A stretch of DNA of 51,436 nt from Octopus bimaculoides (GCF_001194135.2 NC_068989.1:49675420-49726855), one strand, 5' to 3'; numbered from the stretch's first letter, positions 1 to 11,051 are shown. Numbers and translations are program-made. Notes: generated by a model not told the origin, from the sequence alone.

Positions 1-369
1 ATGTGTCCATAGCTTGCACCGGGTACATCTTATAGAGTTACTACCTACTCCTTTTCTACATACTGAGCAGGGCCATCTACCTGAAGGGGTTTGTGTTTTA
101 TCTACCTTCCTACTTATTAGGATTTTGGTTTTAGCTAGGTTGACTCTAAGGCCCTTCAATTCTAGACCTTGCTTCCACACCTGAAACTTCTCCTCTAGTT
201 CTGATAGTGACTCCGCAATTAGGGCAAGGTCATCAGCATAGAGGAGCTCCCAGGGGCAACCTGTCTTGAACTCCTCTGTGATTGCCTGGAGGACTATGGT
301 AAATAATAGGGGGCTGAGGACGGAACCTTGGTGGACCCCTACCTCTACCCGGAATTCATTGCTGTACTC
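1..369 (-). mobile_element. RTE-like LINE reverse-transcriptase fragment, uninterrupted 123-codon frame running off the window
   Basis: Manual translation EYSNEFRVEVGVHQGSVLSPLLFTIVLQAITEEFKTGCPWELLYADDLALIAES...LRVNLAKTKIL...WPCSVCRKGVGSNSIRCTRCKLWTH: QGSVLSP and YADD RT motifs, no stops. Absent from the ORF track because it has no start codon. Confidence 0.92.
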
Positions 370-830
370 ATGTATGCATTTATATATGTGAGTGCCTGTG
401 TGGCTGATGACATTCCATGGCTTTACTTGTGCAGAATGGTTAATAATGTTTCTATTCTTTGTTGACATTATGTCTGGTTGCTCAATGGTTTCAAAGAATT
501 ATTTGAAAAAAAAAACAACAGGTATGGGTTGATGACAAGGATACCATCTGATTTATAATCTGGCTTCAATTATGCCCCTGTGAAACCCATGCTAGCAGAG
601 AAAAACATAGACATTAAAAGGACAAATGAATAAGATAATTTATGGCTTTAGAAAATCCTTGCTAATGCCTAAACAGCTTGCAAAACATTTTATCCATAAT
701 TTTCTTTTATGCAAAATCACGATTAGCTTTTAACTTCCTGTAAGGCACTGTACTGCACAGAATTGCATGCTTCAGTTAGACATGAAACACACTATATCAC
801 AAGAAATATACTAACCTTGTTTACTTTCAG

Positions 831-854
831 TGTAGAAGTTTGGGACTCTCTAAT
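831..854 (+). CDS. candidate 24-nt micro-exon (VEVWDSL, phase 2-2) of an unidentified gene
   Basis: ctaac branch-like motif + cttgtttactttcag acceptor; AAT|gtaagg donor; phase-compatible with 5995-6052. No homology recognised. Confidence 0.3.
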
Positions 855-1222
855 GTAAGGGAGAAAATGCTAAAACCTTTCTTTGTCATTCATTTCTGTT
901 CTGTAATGGAACTATTAAAATGCTTGTAACTTAGGACTTCTTATCAACAAACTATGCAATAATTTCTATATTCTTTCAACTTTTTAAACTTAAAACCCCA
1001 GTTTACTCTAACTTTCCACACAAAGCATGCCAATGCTATTACTTGATGTCATGTGTACAATGGAGTTAAAAGGATTATGAACCATTAGCATATACTGGGT
1101 TTATAAAGTTGTAAGTCAACTAGTGTGTAACTTAATTTCAATTCTTGATACCTCACAGTCATTTTATGGTTTCTATTAATACAAATGGCAGCCAGGTCTC
1201 CTTCTCTTTCTCTCTCTGTCTC

Positions 1223-1255
<33 letters not shown>

Positions 1256-1599
1256 CTCTGTCTCTCTCTCTCTCTCCCTCTCTCTGTATGACCACCCCCC
1301 CGAAGAGAAATAACACTTATCTTCTTGGCTTGATTACAATTCACAAATTAGAATGTTACTTGTCATGACAAGTTATATTGAGAATATACTCTTGCCACTA
1401 TTGGTAGTATTAAATAATATTACATCCATAATTAATTGATGGTTAAACAGTTTTACTGTTATTGGTAACATATAGTTATTGCAAATATGCAAATGAGAAG
1501 TATATTCTAATATATTTATTTTAAAATTATTTTTCTTTTAAAAATTGATATATATTTTATTATTCATCGTTTAGCAGCAAATTTGAAAAAAGTAACATT

Positions 1600-2110
1600 A
1601 TATTATTGTCTTCTTCATGACAACAACTGAGATAGATTTCACTACACCATGCCAGAAATCTTGGTCTTCCTTACCTGTAGTAGCTCCTCAGTTTCATGCT
1701 GTGTATCTCTGTCAATATCATCAATGTAGTTAAGTGGTTTTAATTCTCATTAGGGTGCGGAAATCTCCAAAATAAAACATCCGCTTTGATGTTTCCAATA
1801 TGATAAAAGTGGCCTGCAAAACCTATCTTGCATTGGACAACAACAGTAGAAACAGATAGACTGTATCCAAAAATCATCTCTATTGCCATGTGGCCACACC
1901 ATGAGATGTTTTGAGCCACAATGAGAAAGCTGGTGTATGTCCCATCAAGACTGTGATGAAAGAACTTCAAGAGATGGATGCTCTCAACACATGCCCTGAA
2001 GAACTTCAGCCTTGTTGATTTTAGGATATCTGATTGAATCTTGTTACAGGCACTCTGGGCTTGTCCCTTGCATGTCAGGAAGTTGCTCTTATTGTTAGCA
2101 ACATAATTAT
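1600..2110 (-). mobile_element. decayed RTE-clade LINE, C-terminal RT/thumb region (second family)
   Basis: Frameshifted translation NFLTCKGQAQSACNK..LKFFRACVESI..SLDGTYTSFLIVAQNISW..GFAGHFY..DVLFWR..KPLNYID, typical of an RTE ORF C-terminus. Confidence 0.75.
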
Positions 2111-2339
2111 TTTACCTATATAACATTTCCTAATATAAATCACAATAGCCAAAATATATTTTGAATAATACCCTCCATATGACTGGTAACCCTCTTGTAG
2201 AAGCCTTTTGGTCTGATTTCCTTTGACATGTTACATTAAATTGAAGTATTCAGTAATAGAATGACCAAATAAAACAATAAACATCATGGAACATTGCATT
2301 TTCTTTCCATCTCTGTTAATATCAAATTAGATATTAACA

Positions 2340-2975
2340 GGAGTAAGGAGTTGTTATTTAGCTCCAAGTCAGTCCCGATCCTGTGGACCTATAAACAAAG
2401 ATAATCCAGCCATGTCTACACCCTGTTTTAGCCTGAAATAAAAGGATTTAGGATTATATTATTTTAATGTGGCTGTGGATGCTTACATGACTGAGTGGTT
2501 AAAAAATAGTTTGTTTTATAGTCACAAGGTTCTGGGCTTGAACCAACTGTGTGGTATCTTGAGCATATGCATTTATGATAGTCTCTGGTCAACTCAAGCC
2601 TTGTGAATAAATCTGGATAGATAGAAATTATAAAGAAGCCCAATCAATGGACTATACCTGTAATTTAAAATCTCTAGCTTTATCACACTTATATCATAAT
2701 GATTTAATCCAGTAGATTTATAATCTAAGATATTCTAGCCATGACTATACTATATGATATCTGGAGATAAAATATCTAGGATTATATTATCTGATACATA
2801 TGTGGATGAAGGTATGATTGAGTAATGAAGAAATTTGCTTTGCAGCAATAGTGTCCTGGGCTCAAGTCAGCCGTCTGATACCTGGATCAAATGCATTTGT
2901 AATAGCTGTGGTTGACCTAAGCCTTGTGAGTGAATTTTGGGATAGGAAAAGTGTATAGAAGTCTGCTGTAATATA
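2340..2975 (+). repeat. two diverged tandem composite units (unclassified repeat + old SINE-B head)
   Basis: Both units read ..ccagccatg../..ctagccatg.. then taggattatattat then a degenerate SINE-B head ending aagccttgtga..aaagaagccc/agaagtctg; about 350-bp period. Confidence 0.5.
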
Positions 2976-3002
2976 CATGTAATTAATAAAACCTAGCCTT
3001 TA

Positions 3003-3200
3003 AGGTGGTGAGCTGGTAGAATTGTTAGCACACTGGGTAAAATGCTTAGTGGCATTTCATCTGAGCTCAAATTCTAATGAGGTTGACTTTGCTTTCTATC
3101 CTTTTGGGGTAAATGAAAAACAGTTACCTGTTGAACCCTGGGGTTGATTTAATTGACCCCCTCCCCAAACTTAATGACTTTATGCCAAAATTTGAAATCA
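3003..3200 (+). mobile_element. tRNA-derived SINE family A, old subfamily (A2)
   Basis: ggtgagctggtagaattgttagc (A box), gagctcaaattc (B box), ttgactttgctttctatcctttt central domain. Confidence 0.75.
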
Positions 3201-3685
3201 ATGAAAGCTTATCCTTTGTTCCACTTGTGTCATGATGATACCATGTTAGAATTACATTAGAGATAAACATCTCTGTGGAATATTCAGACACTTTACATGA
3301 TAATTCAATGAGTAAGTTGTCCTTTGATTGAACAACTGAACAGTCTTACAGTGGAATTGATGTGAGAGTCCATTAAGCAATTCGTCCTTCTTTTAAAACA
3401 ATAATTCAATGGAGAGTTGGTTACTGTTTCCAACAAGTTCAGTGACCCATTGTTAGCTCAGTAGTGGGTTTGCATAAGTGGTAGAATGCCTGACAGAAGA
3501 CCCTGTGGCATTCCGAGCTTTCATTCCACTGCAGCTGGTTTGGCCTTCGTATTCCCCCCCCCCCCACTTGTTGGTGTGTATTTTTCAAAAATCTAATTAC
3601 CAACTCACATCTCTTCCCAAGCAAGGTAATATTTGTTTACTCTAGCACTTCAAACAAAGAGAAACTTAATTGCCAGACACTTTTA

Positions 3686-3829
3686 TCATCATCATCACCA
3701 TCATGATCATCATCATGGTCATCATCAACACGATCATGATGATCATGATCATGATGATGATGATCATCATTGTCTTTATCATCATCATCATCGTCATGAT
3801 CATCATCATGATCATCATCATGATCATTG

Positions 3830-3861
<32 letters not shown>

Positions 3862-3862
3862 G

Positions 3863-3905
<43 letters not shown>
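3686..3905. repeat. degenerate (CAT)n/(GAT)n microsatellite
   Basis: Direct inspection; source of the His/Met/Ile/Ser-run ORFs; abuts a LINE 3' tail. Confidence 0.95.
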
Positions 3906-4085
3906 TTAATATCTACTTTACATGCTGTCAAGGGCTGGACAGTTTGGCAGAGAGATGCAGGGCTACGTCAAGCTCCAAAGTCTCTTTGTCATGGTTTCTA
4001 TGGCTGGATGCCTTCCTTTTTGCCAAGCACTTTACAGAATGTGGTGGGTGCTTTTTTTTTTTTTGCATTCCACTGGCACTAGCGA
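3905..4085 (-). mobile_element. LINE-type 3' end fragment terminating in (GAT)n
   Basis: Reverse complement matches 43440-43625 (gcacccac..aaggcatccagccatagaaac..catg..ttaaatgatgatg). Confidence 0.7.
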
Positions 4086-4669
4086 AGCTTCCATGTAACT
4101 TGTAAGACAAACAAAAAAAAAAAAAAAGCAGAGGAAATGGAAAGAGAAAAGGAAAAAGCTCCCACTGCTAAGATGAAGTATTTGGGATGGGAAAGAGGAG
4201 ATGGATGGTTTTATACCAGTTGTTGAGTGGCTGAAGTTCAATAGGACAAGCACAAGTGTCTTGTTATAGAGGAGATTCATGGCTGAAGGAGATAAAAGGA
4301 AGGTAGTGATTGGGTGCTAGAGCAGACACTTAGGGAGAAAGAAGGTGAACATAACCCAGTCTGTGGGTTATTGAAAGGGAAGAAAGAGTGTGTGGATGCT
4401 TTTATAGGAGTGTGAGAAGGAGTAAAGAGGTGAAGGTAGAGGTTAATGTGGTGAGTGAGGAACGAGTGTGTAGAGGTTATTGTAGTGTGTGTGTGTATGT
4501 GTGTGTGTGGGTGTAGATGGTTGGAAATGCCAGTATGGAGAAGGGTAAGGTGGAAGATATAGAAATGGCCCAGGTAGGAGAATAGAATAGAAGAGAAAGT
4601 ATGTGCAAGGAGGGAGAGAGATATAGAGATATGAATTTTTTTTTTTTTCTCCATGTTTTTTTCCTTGTT

Positions 4670-4810
4670 CTTCTCCTTATTCTTTCTGCTGAAGAGCATA
4701 GCTCGAAACGTTAAAAACTTTCTCTATTCCTGAGTGTTAAACTAATACATCCTTTTGTTGTTTACACCACCTGTCCTCGTCTGTTGTTTTTTTCGTAAAT
4801 TCTCCCATAT
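4670..4810 (+). mobile_element. Penelope-type terminal-repeat fragment with a hammerhead-like motif (4681-4717)
   Basis: TCTTT-CTGCTGA-A-GAGC ATA GCTC-GAAAC-GTT-AAAAA; downstream tttacaccacctgtcctcgtctgttg recurs at 47885-47940; degenerate copy at 45245-45350. Confidence 0.55.
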
Positions 4811-5353
4811 AGAGATATGAGATATATAAGGCGCTATAGTAGATGGGACATAATGGTAGGTATGGGAGGGCACTGAGAGTGATAGCGGATAAGAGAAGTG
4901 TTTAGAATAAAGTATAGTTGAGAGGAGAGAGAGAGGGAGAGAGGAGAGAAAGAGAGAGGGAGTGGGAGAGAAAGAGAGGGAGAAAGGGAGGGAGAGAAAG
5001 TGAGAGAAAGTGAGAGTGAGAGTGAGTGAGTGAGTGGGAGAGGGAAAGTAAGGGAGTGAGTGAAAGAGAGCAGTAGCTAAAGCACAGAAAGTCGGTGATT
5101 GGTTGATATATAGTGTGGGTAGGGATGATGAGGAATGGGGCAGACTGTTAGGGATAGGATGGGATAGGATGGGATGTAATATGTGCTGATTCTGCTTTCA
5201 GGTGAGTACAGCACTGTGTAGTACCATAGATAGGAGAGAGATGAAAATGGTGGGAGACAGGGCCTCGCAGCACTTTCAATAGGAAATTATAAACAACAAC
5301 ACCTATTGTATGACCTGTTACTTTATTTTTAATTGGCATGCAAACACCAAGAC

Positions 5354-5395
<42 letters not shown>

Positions 5396-5414
5396 TGCAC
5401 ACAAACACACAGGT

Positions 5415-5570
5415 TTCTTAAACTTTCTGTTTACCAATTCACTCACAAGCCATTGATCAGCTTGTGGCTATTGTAGAAGACACTAGCCAAAATTGCCACA
5501 CAGTAGGAATGAACCCTAAACCACATTGTTCCAATGCAAAACTTTTTAACAACATGATCGTGCTTCTGTC
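5415..5570 (-). mobile_element. SINE-B head, degenerate
   Basis: Reverse complement of the head consensus (ttcactcacaagcc..gtagaagacact..gaaccc). Confidence 0.65.
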
Positions 5571-5994
5571 TATAAGAATAACTATCAGCAATATACTTGG
5601 GTTTATTTTATCAGCTATAAGTATTCCCTTTCTGTAACATAAAACCAGCTTTATGCCAAATCAATATCAATCAATATAATTAATATGCAATTATTCTATA
5701 TTATCATTTCACAATGTATCAGTTAATCTGGTGATATAATGTTTTAAATCAGCGTTCTGTAGTTAAATAACTCACATTAGTTACATACTATTGTGCAATT
5801 TATAACTAACTAGAATCTCAGCCACGCTATCCCCTTTACTAGCTATAAACGATTACGCATTTATTCAGAGAAGGAATTTACACCTTTTAAATTACCATCC
5901 ACAAATGGCCACTAAGCAGTATTCTGAATTATTTATAAGTGATAGCCTCTATGAATGACTAAATGAATGAAGATAGTTCTTCGTGTCTCTGCAG

Positions 5995-6052
5995 TAATTC
6001 CAGTGTAAAATCTAATATGGAACAAAGTCATTTATGGAAACTGGCGTTAATG
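5995..6052 (+). CDS. candidate 58-nt exon (NSSVKSNMEQSHLWKLALM, phase 2-0)
   Basis: ttcttcgtgtctctgcag acceptor; ATG|gtgtat donor (weak); open frame joining 831-854 to 9916-9969. Confidence 0.3.
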
Positions 6053-6256
6053 GTGTATTTTGCTTGAAGATATTCCATCTGTTCACAATTGTTATATAGC
6101 CTGGTGTGTGCAGCAAAGAGCACCAGAAATCAGAAGTCTGTTGCATGATTTGGTTTTTAAGCATCATGTGACATATGTTTTAATCATAAGGGGTAGAAAT
6201 ACAAAGACAGAAATTGATGTATGTGCAAGCACTTACACACACACACACACACAAGT

Positions 6257-6484
6257 GCGAGCTGGCAGAAACGTTAGCACACCGGGCGAAATGCTTAGCG
6301 GTATTTCGTCTGCCACTACGTCCTGAGTTCAAATTCCGCCAAGGTCAACTTTGCCTTTCATCCTTTCGGGGTCGATTAAATAAGCACCAGTTACACACTG
6401 GGGTCGATATAATTGACTTAATCCATTTGTCTGTCCTTGTTTGTCCCCTCTCTGTGTAGCCCCTTGTGGGTAGTAAAGAAATAA
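6257..6484 (+). mobile_element. tRNA-derived SINE family A, young subfamily (A1)
   Basis: A box tggcagaaacgttagc, B box gagttcaaattcc; central gtcaactttgcctttcatcctttcggggtcga (resembles the Meta-type SINE domain from memory); near-identical to 13273-13503 and 18093-18323. Confidence 0.9.
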
Positions 6485-6569
6485 NNNNNNNNNNNNNNNN
6501 NNNNNNNNNNNNNNNNNNNNNNNNNNNNNNNNNNNNNNNNNNNNNNNNNNNNNNNNNNNNNNNNNNNNN

Positions 6570-6823
6570 AATAAACGTGCAAGTGGCTGAGCACTCCACA
6601 AACAATTTTACCTTTAATGCAGTTCTTGTGGAGATTCAGCATGACACAGAGAGTGAAAAGGCTGATTCTTTGAAATACAGGCATAAATCATTTTTGCCAG
6701 CTGAATGGATTGGAGCAATGTGAAATAAAGTGTCTTGCTCAAGAACACAATGTGTTGCCAGGAATTGAACTCATGACCTTACAACTGTGAGCTGATTATC
6801 TTAAGCACTAAGCCACATGCCTT

Positions 6824-6825
<2 letters not shown>
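6570..6825 (-). mobile_element. tRNA-derived SINE family C with CORE-like domain
   Basis: Reverse strand: tRNA-like head, then tgtgttcttgagcaagacactttatttcacattgctccaatccattcagctggcaaaaatg, alignable to the MIR/CORE motif; tail shared with 44414-44801. Confidence 0.75.
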
Positions 6826-6870
<45 letters not shown>

Positions 6871-7119
6871 ACACACACACACACACTCACACACAGAGAA
6901 ACACATAGAGAAAGTCACAGACATCTATACAAAAATACACAGACGCACATAGAAACACACATGCACAAACGGAAATACATAATCACACATGAACTCACTG
7001 GAATGGATCTCTATTGGCTTCCATGACAAGTAGTCCATTCGTTCAATCAAATGGATTACTTACTAATTGACTTATCATGTAAGTGGCTGAGCACACCATG
7101 ATACTTGTGAAAGTACAAA

Positions 7120-7210
7120 TGACCTAGTGGTTAGGGTGTTGCACTTGTAATTATAAAATCATGGTTTCTATTCCTGGATTGCACAATGCATTGTGTTCTC
7201 GAGCAAAGCT
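7120..7210 (+). mobile_element. truncated SINE-C head
   Basis: tgacctagtggttagggtg..ggtttctattcctgg..ttgtgttctcgagcaa; ends where SINE-B begins. Confidence 0.6.
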
Positions 7211-7213
7211 CTA

Positions 7214-7326
7214 GTTCCGGGTTCAGTCCCACTGCATGGCACCTTGGGCAAGTGTCTTCTACTATAGCCTCAGACTAACCAAAGCCTTGTGAGTGGATTT
7301 AGTAGACGGAAACTGAAAGAAGCCCG

Positions 7327-7371
<45 letters not shown>

Positions 7372-7609
7372 TAAATGCATAAATATATATGTATGTGTGT
7401 GCTAATGTTTGTGTGTGTGTGCTTGTCCCCCCACCATCGCTTGACAACTGATGCTGGTGTGTTTACGTCCCCGTAACTTAGCAGTTCGGCAAAAAGAGAC
7501 TGATAGAATAAGTATGAGGCTTACAAAGCATAAGTCCTGGGGACGATTTGTTCGACTAAAGGCAGTGCTCCAGCATGGCCACAGTCAAATGACTAAAACA
7601 AGTAAAAGA
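7214..7609 (+). mobile_element. SINE family B (head + internal TA/TG microsatellite + tail)
   Basis: gggttcagtcccactg B box; caccttgggcaagtgtcttctactatagcc; tail ending gtcaaatgactaaaacaagtaaaaga; many copies in the window. Confidence 0.9.
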
Positions 7610-7875
7610 AAATAACAAAAAGCATTTCATTTCATTTCATATTGGTCTGTGATCATTGGTACCAACTGATGTGTGGTACCAATTGCACCTGTACAGAGCA
7701 ATGTTGATTTGATGAAGTGAGTGACCTAAAGTACAACACAAACATTTGATTATTAAAAACATGCACAGTGTTCAGCAAAAAAAAAAAGAAAAAGAGAAAC
7801 CTTCACTTGTTGTTTATGTCAAGAGAGTCCCCCCCCCCCACTCTCTTCACAACCCCGTGACATTTGTATCCTCAA

Positions 7876-7983
7876 CTGTTTAGCATTCTGATTACTCTGT
7901 CAAATGTAATGGCTATTTATTCACATTGTCAGAAATTAATCAAACATTTTGGGCTGGATATGGTCAGTTTAAATGTTAAACAG
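7876..7983. mobile_element. short piggyBac-type MITE remnant
   Basis: Terminal inverted repeats ctgtttagcatt / aatgttaaacag (1 mismatch), flanked by tcaa and ttaa. Confidence 0.5.
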
Positions 7984-8040
7984 TTAAATGTGATCTTCAA
8001 GAATAACATTGTATAACAAAATTTTATTATTTTTTTTTGC

Positions 8041-8470
8041 TTTTGGTCAATAAGTGTTATTTCCTATTTGCTTCTATCTAGAAATCAAAGAAATTGGCTA
8101 TTCTTCCATTCACACTTTGCTTTTGTGACCTAGTCATCAATGTTTTGAAACTCACATATTTTCCATTACATTTCAGACAGATTCAATGCTGAGTTGCTGA
8201 AGCAGAAATATTGTTATAGGAAATATTCTGTTCAATACCATAGATCTGCTTGTCATTTGCTGGACCTTAACCCCTTGAGTATGATGTCCCTTAGTGGCAG
8301 ACAATACGTGTGTCTCTAATCATGAACGGGAGTAGAATCATGGCCATGTGTTGAGAGGGATTCTTTGGGAGTTTGAATAAATGTAACAAAAGCAAAATTT
8401 GAAGGAAACATTAGCCATTTTTCATAGTTTCTAGAGGTAAGCAAATAGGAAATAATAGTTGCTACTCAAG
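8041..8470 (+). mobile_element. non-autonomous DNA transposon (MITE) with imperfect TIRs, copy 1
   Basis: ttatttcctatttgctt..tctagaaa at left; tttctaga..aagcaaataggaaataa at right; second copy inverted at 10668-11051. Strand is arbitrary. Confidence 0.7.
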
Positions 8471-8590
8471 GAATGGAGTCTGGGCAGCTCTTCAGCTGGC
8501 CACCTCCTGTCAAACCATCCAACTCATGTCAGCATGAAAAAAGCAACTTTAAAATGATGATGATGATGGTAATGATGATGATGACGATGA
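8470..8590 (+). mobile_element. LINE-type 3' end fragment with (GAT)n tail
   Basis: gtcaaaccatccaactcatgtcagcatg..aaaatgatgatgatg, similar to 43560-43620. Confidence 0.6.
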
Positions 8591-9739
8591 TTGTCTCACT
8601 ACCATTCAGCAGTGTTGTATCCAGCTCCATCTGATCCTGCATTAATCTTTACACCTAATCCTTCCTTCCTTCCTTCCTTCCCAAATCATTGGTCCCAAGG
8701 AATTATTTTTTTACTAATGTTTTTTATACAGTTACCATACAATTTCCCCCTCTACTAAATTTCTTCCACACTATTTTTGTCTCCCAAAGTTCACGCTCAA
8801 AAAGAAGCTATTGCAGTTGACACTTCCCCCAAATAGTTGCATAGTGGGACTGAACCTGAACCAAGGCAGCTGCCATATGAATTTCTTAACCACACTGTCA
8901 TCATTGCTTCATGTATGGCAAGAAAGGATATTAAAATTTTGATGATGAAGTTGAAGACAGTAACAAAAAGGATACTGCTATCATTAATGTTGATGATGAC
9001 AATGATGCCATAATTGCTGCTGTTGATGGTGGTGAAGATGTTGATAATGATGATGATGATGATGATGATTGCTATATTTTATATAGTAACTATATGTACA
9101 TTAAGTAAGTGCTTATATATATATATATTTACATGTAGTTAAATAAATCAATCTTTAATTTGTTATTCTACATTTCTTATCCCAAAAGGGTAAAAAGAAA
9201 AAAAAAAAAAAAAAAAAAGAAACCAACCCATATTTAATCTTTTCTCCTTTCTGTTTTCTTTTTTTTTATATCGTTATTTCACACTATTTCATTATTGACA
9301 AGTAAAGTAATATTTTCAAATAAACAAATAGTAGCGATATGTTCAATGTGCAATATAGAATATTTAAAGTTCCAAAAAGAGAACAAAAAAAAGGAAGGAA
9401 ATAAACCACAAAACAAAAGCAAACAAAACAAAGAGAAAAAAAAAAAAAAGGACAGCATTTTGAAGCTGCATTCAAATTTAATTGGTTTTTGCCAAAATAT
9501 AAGTTATCTTGGCAATATTATTCTTTCTTGCCTGTCAAACAAATTGAGCAAAGCTTTATTTGTTTTACTTTTTTCTTTTCTTTATTGTTAGCATTTTTTT
9601 AATGTCTTTCTCTTATTCATTGTGAATCGTTCTTGCTCAGACTGATGAATCTTTCTTTTGTTTTTTCCAATGAATGGATTCCACATTTTTCTACATGCTG
9701 TAGAATTATCAAATTTCCCCCATATTATTGCAGCTTATT

Positions 9740-9804
<65 letters not shown>

Positions 9805-9915
9805 CATTTTTTTTCTTCTATTCTTTGTCACTTCTCTGTTGGAACAACATCTGTGAGATTAAATTTCTGAGCTATTTACTTCACTGATATGAATTTCAAA
9901 CCCTTCAACATTCAG

Positions 9916-9969
9916 GAAATTCAGACATTTGCTTTGCGTGACGCAGAATCTTTACAAACGACTCAAAAG
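9916..9969 (+). CDS. candidate 54-nt exon (EIQTFALRDAESLQTTQK, phase 0-0)
   Basis: cccttcaacattcag acceptor; AAG|gtgtgt donor; open frame with CpG-containing codons in a CpG-poor background. Confidence 0.35.
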
Positions 9970-10159
9970 GTGTGTTGAATATTTAGCAGGTGATGGAGAC
10001 GTGGGGTGGGGTGGGGAATTGTTTAAATGGAATTGGGCTGGACAGGTATAGAAAATGAATGACAATAGGTGGATAAAAATGTCGACAGGCTTCTTTTTTG
10101 TTCTTTTTAAGTCTGGAGGAGGCAGAAGTGTTCATGGCTTGAGTAGGCTCTTCTAAAAC

Positions 10160-10660
10160 TGGTGAGATTTATGCTATTAACATTCCTCTAGAACTTTTCT
10201 GTGTAGTATCTGTGCAGTAAGACACCAAGAGGGAGTGGATTCCAGAGAGAAGAATTTTTGGAAGGAAGAATTGGTGTATCAATTAGTGCAGGTGTGATGA
10301 TGGGAATGGACAGAATGAGGAGGGGTAAGAAGATGAGATATGAGTAGGTCAGGAATGTCAGAATAGAAATGGAATGAGTTAAGGTGAGAAACTCTGAGAC
10401 AAGGAACAGAGGTCATTATAGTTGCAGTAGAAAAGGCAATGAAAGGAAAAAGGAGACAATACATTTGTTGACCAGAGGTAGGAGTTTGTCTGCCTGTTGG
10501 TGATTTTAGGCTAATCAGTTAGGTGGTTTCTCTGTTTATGATCTAAAATGTGTGTGCAGTAGCAGCAGCATCCCAGATGTGAGAGAAATACACCATCATG
10601 GGCTTTGCCCGTGCATTGCAGGGTGTCAATAACACTTTGTAGCATGATTTTTGTTCTGAG
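10160..10660 (-). mobile_element. decayed CR1/Jockey-group LINE, C-terminal region
   Basis: Fragments ..YFSHIWDAAA.., LFYCNYNDLCS and SSLWNPLP; the same AFSTATIM-encoding stretch occurs at about 19120. Confidence 0.6.
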
Positions 10661-10667
10661 GTAACGG

Positions 10668-11051
10668 CTGATATTTCCCCAAGAAAGTGTGAAAAATGGC
10701 TAATGCTTCCTTCAATTTTGCTTTTGTTAAATTTATTCAAACCCCAAAGAATCCCTTTCAACACATGGCTATGATACTCCCCCACTACTCCTGCTCATGA
10801 CCAGAGATGCATTTATTGTCAGCCACTAAGGGACATGATCAAGTGGTTCTGGTCAAGCAACTGACAAGCAAATCTGTGGTATTGAGCAGAATATTTGCTA
10901 TAACAATATTTCTGCTTCAGCAAATCAGCATTGAATCTGTCTGAAATGTAATGTAAATAGGTCAATTTCAAAACATTGATGTCCAAGTCACAAAAGCAAA
11001 GTTTGATTTCTAGATAGAAGCAAATAGGAAGTAATGCTTACTGACCAAAGG
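10668..11051 (-). mobile_element. MITE copy 2, inverted relative to 8041-8470
   Basis: Reverse complement aligns over about 380 bp (e.g. cattgaatctgtctgaaatgtaatg vs cattacatttcagacagattcaatg). Confidence 0.8.

Noticed and set aside
3633-4105. His-, Met-, Ile- and Ser-rich ORFs (also 49407-49811)
   Set aside because: Translations of (CAT/GAT)n microsatellites, open in several frames and on both strands.
4170-4400. Possible CR1 3' remnant on the minus strand
   Set aside because: Only a GLCS-like motif; too decayed to support.
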